Part shown: positions 58,615 through 64,000 of the stretch, piece after piece
Layout: every line of letters begins with the position of its first letter
How positions within the stretch are numbered: position 1 is the stretch's first letter
Assembly (NCBI RefSeq): GCF_047289955.1
Contig: NZ_JBLBUB010000028.1
Location: 1,851-65,850 of the forward strand
Reading direction: 5' to 3'
Length of the DNA: 64,000 nucleotides
Source: Microbulbifer sp. 2304DJ12-6
Lineage (GTDB): Bacteria > Pseudomonadota > Gammaproteobacteria > Pseudomonadales > Cellvibrionaceae
The notes under the pieces: model-generated
The model's input: only the letters and a program-made list of their open reading frames with translations
Told to the model about the DNA's origin: nothing
Databases searched by the model: none
Position numbers and translations under genes: made by a program

Positions 58615-59862
58615 ATGGATACTTTTTCAAAAAAGTTAGCTGATAAATCTTATTATAGGAAAGCCGATGTTGTAAAAACTTTGCAGACATCGTCACAGGC
58701 TGCAGTTAGGCTGGTGATTTCTGACAAAAATTGGTTGGAGACTTTAGCGGTAGACCAGCTGAAGAAAACGACCGAGTTGCCGGGCATGTGTTGTGGAGTA
58801 GGAATGCCGGACTTGCACCCAGGCAAAGGTCAGCCAATAGGTGCTGCGTTTATCACGCGCGATCAGGTTTACCCGCATCTGGTGGGTAGCGACATTGGTT
58901 GTGGCATGGGCTTTTGGAAACTGAATGTTACAAGGCGACAGGTAAAGCTGGATAAATGGGAGAAGCGACTCGTTGATTTGGATGACCCTTGGCAGGGTGG
59001 AGACACCGACCAGTGGTTGAGTGATTCAGGCGTTAAAACTAATGATGACTCTTTGAAAGAGGCGAATCTCAAACTGGGCACTATTGGTGGGGGGAACCAC
59101 TTTGCGGAAATTCAGCAAGTGAATGAGATTTTCGCACATGAAGTGTTATCCGGATTGGGCTTGGATAAACAATCGGTTGTGTTTCTAGCTCACTCAGGTT
59201 CCCGCGGCCTTGGTCAGAAAATACTTCGCAACCATGTTGATGTCTTCGGTGCTCAAAGCTTAACGAATGATCCTATGGCCCGGTACCTTGAGCGGCATGA
59301 TTATGCGGTTCAGTGGGCGGTGGCCAATCGCGGCCTCATTGCGAAGCGGTTTTGTGAACGTTTAGGTGTGAATCGAGATGCTTTGCTGGATGTTTCGCAC
59401 AATACAGTGACTGCAATGGATCAGCAATCTATTGATGCATTGGGGTTGGAGTACACAAGTGAAAGTCGTTATTGGATTCATCGTAAAGGCGCCAGCCCCA
59501 CTGATCAGGGGTTAGTCATGATTCCGGGTTCGAGAGGGAGCTTGAGCTATCTGGTGAAACCCAGAGCCTCTGAGGCATATAACTTGGCGGCGGGTGGCTT
59601 TTCTCTTGCTCATGGTGCGGGGCGTAAGTGGAAGCGAAGTGAATCCCGAGGACGACTTGAAAAACGCTATAAGGTCAAAGATTTGGAAGTGACGGATCTG
59701 GGGAGTCGCGTGGTCTGTAAACAAAGAGACCTGCTCTATGAGGAGGCGCCTCAAGCCTACAAGAACATCAGCACAGTTGTGGATGATCTGGTGCAGGCGG
59801 GCATGGTCGATGTGGTTGCGAGCTTCAAGCCGCTGATCACCTACAAAACACGGAAAAAGTGA
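58615..59862 (+). CDS. rtcB2: RtcB2, paralogous RtcB-family RNA ligase of the PrfH-associated type
   Basis: RtcB motifs GMPDLHPGKGQPIGAAF, GSDIGCGMG, GTIGGGNHFAEIQ, SHNTVT, AHGAGRKW. Only distantly related to the canonical RtcB at 50425. ATG 58615 by alignment; the ORF track opens at 58387. Immediately followed (1-nt gap) by prfH. Confidence 0.85.
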   Translation: MDTFSKKLADKSYYRKADVVKTLQTSSQAAVRLVISDKNWLETLAVDQLKKTTELPGMCCGVGMPDLHPGKGQPIGAAFITRDQVYPHLVGSDIGCGMGFWKLNVTRRQVKLDKWEKRLVDLDDPWQGGDTDQWLSDSGVKTNDDSLKEANLKLGTIGGGNHFAEIQQVNEIFAHEVLSGLGLDKQSVVFLAHSGSRGLGQKILRNHVDVFGAQSLTNDPMARYLERHDYAVQWAVANRGLIAKRFCERLGVNRDALLDVSHNTVTAMDQQSIDALGLEYTSESRYWIHRKGASPTDQGLVMIPGSRGSLSYLVKPRASEAYNLAAGGFSLAHGAGRKWKRSESRGRLEKRYKVKDLEVTDLGSRVVCKQRDLLYEEAPQAYKNISTVVDDLVQAGMVDVVASFKPLITYKTRKK

Positions 59863-59863
59863 A

Positions 59864-60568
59864 GTGCTTAATTTGGATAAGAGGATGGAAAGTAAAAAAA
59901 ATGCGGTCGTCTGGCTTCAACTCAGTGCGGGCCAAGGTCCAAAGGAGTGTGGCTGGGTAGTTGCTCAATTGATAAAGCGGCTATTACACAATGCGCAAAA
60001 GCATTCGATCTCGGCTGAACTGGTAGAGAGCTTGGCTTTTGAAAAGGCAATGCGAAAGCAAAATCTTATCGAGATCGATGCATATCTATCCGGCTTAATT
60101 CGTTTGGAAGGTGCTGGAGTTGAGGCCTATGCAGAGTCTTGGGTTGGACCGATCAAGTGGCAAGGTGAAAGCCCCTATCGGCCGAAACATAAGCGCTGCA
60201 ACTGGTTTGCCGGGATTGAGATTGTCTCTGTAAACGGTGCACAAGAAGTTGATATCCGGCAGTTGGCGCGTGAAGTCGATGTGGAGGCTATGCGTTCAGG
60301 TGGCCCGGGCGGACAGCATGTAAACAAGACCAGCAGCGCGGTACGTATTACGCACAGGCCTTCTGGCGTGCAGATTCGGGTTGAGTCTGATCGGTCCCAG
60401 CATCGAAATCGTCAGCTGGCGATGGAGCGTCTACAGATGATTTTGGCTGCAGGTATCGAGGCTGAAGGTCGTGCTCAGGTGCGTGATCGATGGTTAAAAC
60501 ATTATCAGGTTAAGCGAGGCAGTCCTGTGCGAGTGTTTCAGGGGGCGGATTTTAGAGAAAAGCGATAG
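59864..60568 (+). CDS. prfH: PrfH (RF-H), peptide chain release factor homologue with a GGQ motif
   Basis: VVWLQLSAGQGPKEC aligns with the E. coli PrfH N-terminus (LLQLSSAQGPEEC, recalled from memory). GGQ motif RSGGPGGQHVNKTSSAVRITH. No codon-recognition domain of a full RF. Starts at GTG 59864 or ATG 59885. Confidence 0.85.
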   Translation: MLNLDKRMESKKNAVVWLQLSAGQGPKECGWVVAQLIKRLLHNAQKHSISAELVESLAFEKAMRKQNLIEIDAYLSGLIRLEGAGVEAYAESWVGPIKWQGESPYRPKHKRCNWFAGIEIVSVNGAQEVDIRQLAREVDVEAMRSGGPGGQHVNKTSSAVRITHRPSGVQIRVESDRSQHRNRQLAMERLQMILAAGIEAEGRAQVRDRWLKHYQVKRGSPVRVFQGADFREKR

Positions 60569-60647
60569 CGATTATTTATGGCTAAGTACTTACGGCAGAG
60601 GCCAGGTATTTGAACTCTTGAGAATAGTAACAGTGAGGAGAGTAAAA

Positions 60648-60845
60648 ATGAGTTATTTCAAAGTGCCTTTGGGTTTTGGAAATAGAAAGCGTAAAGGGAA
60701 CAAGTCGGGTGGCAGACACCGCCCGGCTCAATCATTGCTCACGGCGTTGATGGCCGGAGTGATTGGCTATGCAAAGTACAAGTTTTGGATTGCAGCAAAT
60801 GAAACGCGAACAAGTAAAAGAGGTTTTAGCGTGCTTAGACGATGA
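60648..60845 (+). CDS. Small basic protein with one predicted TM helix, 65 aa; overlaps the next gene
   Basis: Strong SD GAGGAG 8 nt upstream of ATG 60648. Sequence MSYFKVPLGFGNRKRKGNKSGGRHRPAQSLLTALMAGVIGYAKYKFWIAAN... Overlaps the downstream ORF start by about 47 nt. Confidence 0.4.
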   Translation: MSYFKVPLGFGNRKRKGNKSGGRHRPAQSLLTALMAGVIGYAKYKFWIAANETRTSKRGFSVLRR

Positions 60846-61755
60846 GCGTCGAGTTTTTCGGTATTTTCGAGACCGTTATTGTTTCGATTTGATGGAATTT
60901 GAAATGGATCGCCAGGGTTACGAAAGCATTAAAGTGGCTGAGCTGAAGGCGGGCTCACTGGGTCGGTACCTGCAGAAACCGGTGGTGGCGCAGGCACTTA
61001 AGCACTGTGCTAATGGCTTGGTGTCAAAACAGGATTTACAGACCCTATGGTCAAAAGATCTGTTGCCGTTCTATGTCAGTTTAAGCAGTTGGGGCGAGGC
61101 TGATCGTGGCTGGGATCAGACTTCTAGAAATCAGTGCAACCTGGTATTGCAGTTGAATTTTGATGGAAAGCATGATGAGCAATACCGAAAGCTGGTAAAG
61201 CCCGATGACGATTACGGGCCCTTTGAGTACTGGGGGCACCCTGTACAGAAAGGTAACCGTAAAACAATGTCATGGATACGGATGGATATTGATTTCGACA
61301 CTAATGAAGTATTGATTGAGGAGATACAGAGTGATTGGTTACGCAATGCCTCAAGCGCATTGGCATGTGTAAAGTCGCGTAGAGCCAAAAAGCCCTCTCT
61401 CAAACCGAGAGATGTGTATGGAGATATTCTCGGTGATTTCGAAGATCTGGAGAGTTACGTAGAGCAGACGCTGGCGCCCTACAGAAAGATATGGGCTGAA
61501 GCATCGATGTTAGCAGCCCTGCGATTAATTCGTGATGAACTTGGACTCTCAACGGTTTACTACCACAGCTTTGATACTGGCAAGAAGCTAAAGGATGTCT
61601 GTGGGGCCCCTCCTCGGTCAATGTACACCCAATTACCTAAGCAGTTTGGGTTTGAAGAGACGGGTGATGCACCGGATTTTTTAGTAAGCGATAAATTTGC
61701 GCGACGATGTATTAAGGCAATTCATAACCCGCGCTGGTTTCGTCGTTTTGTTTAG
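60799..61755 (+). CDS. Hypothetical protein, about 318 aa, no recognisable motifs; last gene of the rtcB2-prfH block
   Basis: Long ORF (the track gives 60763). Codon usage is similar to its neighbours. No motif recognised by eye. Confidence 0.55.
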   Translation: MKREQVKEVLACLDDERRVFRYFRDRYCFDLMEFEMDRQGYESIKVAELKAGSLGRYLQKPVVAQALKHCANGLVSKQDLQTLWSKDLLPFYVSLSSWGEADRGWDQTSRNQCNLVLQLNFDGKHDEQYRKLVKPDDDYGPFEYWGHPVQKGNRKTMSWIRMDIDFDTNEVLIEEIQSDWLRNASSALACVKSRRAKKPSLKPRDVYGDILGDFEDLESYVEQTLAPYRKIWAEASMLAALRLIRDELGLSTVYYHSFDTGKKLKDVCGAPPRSMYTQLPKQFGFEETGDAPDFLVSDKFARRCIKAIHNPRWFRRFV

Positions 61756-61882
61756 TAGTGGTGTGCGATTTAAATAGCTTGCCAAGGAAAACATTAGGCT
61801 TTGAAATACTGGAAGGTTTAATGGATAATTACTTGGCGGCACAAGCCGCATAAATGGTATGCACCCCAAGGTTGAATCCGTG

Positions 61883-62452
61883 ATGTATTATTGTTTGAGT
61901 TCAAGCTTCAATAGTCATCCCCAAGCTAGGCTTGTAGAAACGAATGATGAACAAGCACATGAAGTCGTCCGGGGAAGGAAAAGGGTCTATGATGGAGAGT
62001 TCAATGCTGACAGTTTCCTGGAAGATATTTCTATGGAGCAACTCTTAAAGTTGGATTTATTAGAAACGCATTCAGGACTATTGGTATTGTCTCGGAGAAT
62101 GGTTGATCACATAAATAATTTAAACTTACAAAAAATGGAATTCTATGACTGTGCATTGAATGCTCGCTCAAAAAAGATAATGGGCGAATTTCTTACAATA
62201 AAGAACAATTATGCATTAAATGTAATCGACAAAGATATAACGCCAAATCATTTTTGGCCGTACCTTAAGAAATTTAAATACGACAACTATGTTATTACAA
62301 CTAGGCAAGATTTTTTATTTGGTTGGGATATCGCTGAACCGACAATGCTTATATGTAGTGAACAGTTTTGTGCGATGGTGCCAGAGTCCATGTTTTTAAT
62401 TGACTATGAGGAGCTTCCTTGTTGCTTCGATAAAACTAAGCGAAGAAGATAG
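61883..62452 (+). CDS. Hypothetical AT-rich ORF, possible orphan immunity protein
   Basis: GC about 38%. Located upstream of an orphan Rhs core fragment. No motifs recognised. Confidence 0.4.
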   Translation: MYYCLSSSFNSHPQARLVETNDEQAHEVVRGRKRVYDGEFNADSFLEDISMEQLLKLDLLETHSGLLVLSRRMVDHINNLNLQKMEFYDCALNARSKKIMGEFLTIKNNYALNVIDKDITPNHFWPYLKKFKYDNYVITTRQDFLFGWDIAEPTMLICSEQFCAMVPESMFLIDYEELPCCFDKTKRRR

Positions 62453-62513
62453 AGGGTTCGCAGTCTGTCAGTATTTTCCACCGATAACCGGGGGCGTTGT
62501 TAAGTAAAGAAAG

Positions 62514-62843
62514 ATGAGTAAGTATGGAATACCTGATCCGATCAAAGAGTACACAGATGAGCATGAATTTTGGGAAAAAAGCATTGGCGATGCCGAGGTA
62601 ACAATCGAAGAAATCGAGTATCAAGGCGAGGGAAAGATCTCCTTCCAACTATCAATTTCTAATGGTCAAAACGGATTTAAGTTAGAGGAGAGCATATTGG
62701 AATATTTAGATCGTCACAATCCAAATATAAATCAATTTCTCTTATCTGATTCTGAGAGTTCAGCTTGCGTAATCTGGACATGTAATCGGGAGGCATTTGA
62801 GGAATTACTTGATGTTGCACTTGAATATCTTGAAAAATTATGA
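62514..62843 (+). CDS. Hypothetical small acidic protein, 109 aa, possible orphan immunity protein
   Basis: AT-rich. Located between the putative immunity ORF and the Rhs core fragment. Confidence 0.4.
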   Translation: MSKYGIPDPIKEYTDEHEFWEKSIGDAEVTIEEIEYQGEGKISFQLSISNGQNGFKLEESILEYLDRHNPNINQFLLSDSESSACVIWTCNREAFEELLDVALEYLEKL

Positions 62844-62944
62844 TGCTATGCACCCGTCTCGTCGACGGTAATTTTGTTTTAATAACCCAATGAGAATGAA
62901 CCAAATATACTGATGTTAAATGGCATTTTGAACCGGGCTCCTTC

Positions 62945-63256
62945 GTGCCAGTAGCCCGCCAGCAAAGTGATCAGGAGCCGTTTCAAGGGTACGATGGGAA
63001 GGGCCGTCCTGTCTATAGCACCACTGTGTTTGGCAGTTTAGTTCACGGTTCACTAGCACCCAAAGCCTCTGCCGATCCAGATCCTTACTTCTGTCTGATA
63101 AGGTTCCAGGGCCAATGGGCAGATGAGGAAACCGGGCTTTATTACAACCGCTTCCGCTACTATGACCCTCAGGCCACACAGTATATGTCGCCTGATCCGA
63201 TAGAGGTTCAGGAAGGAGGAGTAATGGGTATGTGGACGATTCAACCACTGTATTAG
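62945..63256 (+). pseudogene. Orphan Rhs core fragment (C-terminal YD repeat plus core), truncated
   Basis: Encodes GLYYNRFRYYDPQATQYMSPDPIEVQEGG, which matches the Rhs core consensus (..YYNRNRYYDP..GRFISQDPIGL..). No upstream Rhs shell, and the sequence after the core is short. Confidence 0.6.
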
Positions 63257-63942
63257 ATGTGTTGGGGCTCGCGAAAGGCCATGGACTTAATTGGCAATAG
63301 CTTTCGTAAGATGGTTTTCCAAAAAGAGCTGCTCGTGAACTTAGTGGATGGCCTGGTCCTCAATGTACTTTTCACAATACGATTCCAAATTAGTATGCAA
63401 CCCACACAGAACAAAAAATACTAAATCACCTTGGACCAAAATTCATGAAAGATGACATAATAACAATGTAGGGTTATTTGACCCCGTTTGGATCAGGTAA
63501 ATGTACACACCCAAACAGTTGTCACTAGTTTATGCAGAAATTTGCAAAGCAAAAATGTGTGGCGATCGTATATATGGTAAAAATATTCCGGTCAAATTTT
63601 TATGTATGTGTTGAGCAATCCATGAATAAGTTTTGTATAGAGAGGATGCATGTATATAGATGAAAGAAGCGGACTAAAATTTCTTTTAGTTCCGCGTGGA
63701 GCATTCGAATTTGGATACGACAAAAAACAAAAAAATTTGCTAAATATAATTTACCTAACATTTATCACTCGATTGAGGCGATGAAGAGCGTTGAGTGTCT
63801 ATGTGAAGAGTTTTTACTTTCTGCATCACCAATTTCTTTAAGGGAAATTAAGAGATCCTAGATTCAACTTGTAAGTGCATATCTCAATGGAGCTAGAAAA
63901 AGCGGCCAGTTGCCCGTAGGCTTCTCGCTTTTTCTCCGGCAA

Positions 63943-64000
63943 GAGTTATGCAATGAGACACTACAAGCAACTGACCTATGAGCAAAGATGCCAGATTGAG
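63943..64000 (+). CDS. IS30-family transposase, N-terminus only (truncated by the window end)
   Basis: MRHYKQLTYEQRCQIE matches the HTH_38 N-terminus typical of IS30-family transposases (..HYKHLTLEERYQI..). Confidence 0.45.

Overview
This 64 kb window reads as a Gram-negative (gammaproteobacterial-like) chromosomal accessory region. Most of it is about 55-60% GC, with short AT-rich islets at the toxin C-terminal/immunity modules, around the tRNA cluster and at the 3' end.

Main contents, in order:
- 181-7063 (-): a 2130-aa Sec-signal Rhs/YD-repeat toxin with an FN3 array, an SpvB-type domain, an RHS shell and a variable C-terminal domain. A small AT-rich membrane ORF follows it and is a putative immunity gene.
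- 7554-11734 (-): RND efflux pair (permease plus periplasmic adaptor).
- 11940-13000: a degraded IS5-family element with a multiply frameshifted transposase.
- 13951-23609 (+): a 3013-aa Tc-toxin-like giant protein: FN3 array, SpvB domain, FG-GAP beta-propeller, RHS shell, DPxGY core, a glycine-rich hydrophobic segment and an alpha/beta-hydrolase-like C-terminal domain. It is translationally coupled (ATGA) to a lipoprotein that looks like its immunity protein, followed by a terminator.
- 23988-30320 (+): a 2110-aa lipoprotein with 17 tandem Big_2 Ig-like domains (near-identical ~264-nt DNA repeats) and seven FG-GAP repeats.
- 31014-33373: di-haem cytochrome c peroxidase and a secreted beta-trefoil-like protein.
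- 33521-35501 (-): OmpR-type two-component pair.
- 36182-48420: two divergent RND efflux operons, MFP-RND-lipoprotein hydrolase on (-) and OMF-MFP-RND on (+).
- 48605-52986: canonical rtcR - sigma54 promoter - rtcB - rtcA. A tRNA-like 3' half (T-arm, acceptor 3' strand, CCA) sits in the 290-nt rtcB-rtcA spacer.
- 53859-55106: tRNA-Asn(GUU), tRNA-His(GUG), a tRNA-like gene whose acceptor stem does not pair, an HNH endonuclease, a well-folded tRNA with anticodon AAU, and an orphan tRNA 3' fragment.
- 55363-61755: the most interesting block. SPFH/band-7 protein, ankyrin-repeat protein, Pol-beta-type nucleotidyltransferase, a 19-aa ORF with a perfect SD, RtcB2, PrfH (RF-H), a small basic membrane ORF and a 318-aa uncharacterised protein.
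- 61859-64000: orphan immunity-like ORFs, an orphan Rhs core fragment, and the start of an IS30-family transposase at the window edge.

No CRISPR array and no rRNA were found.
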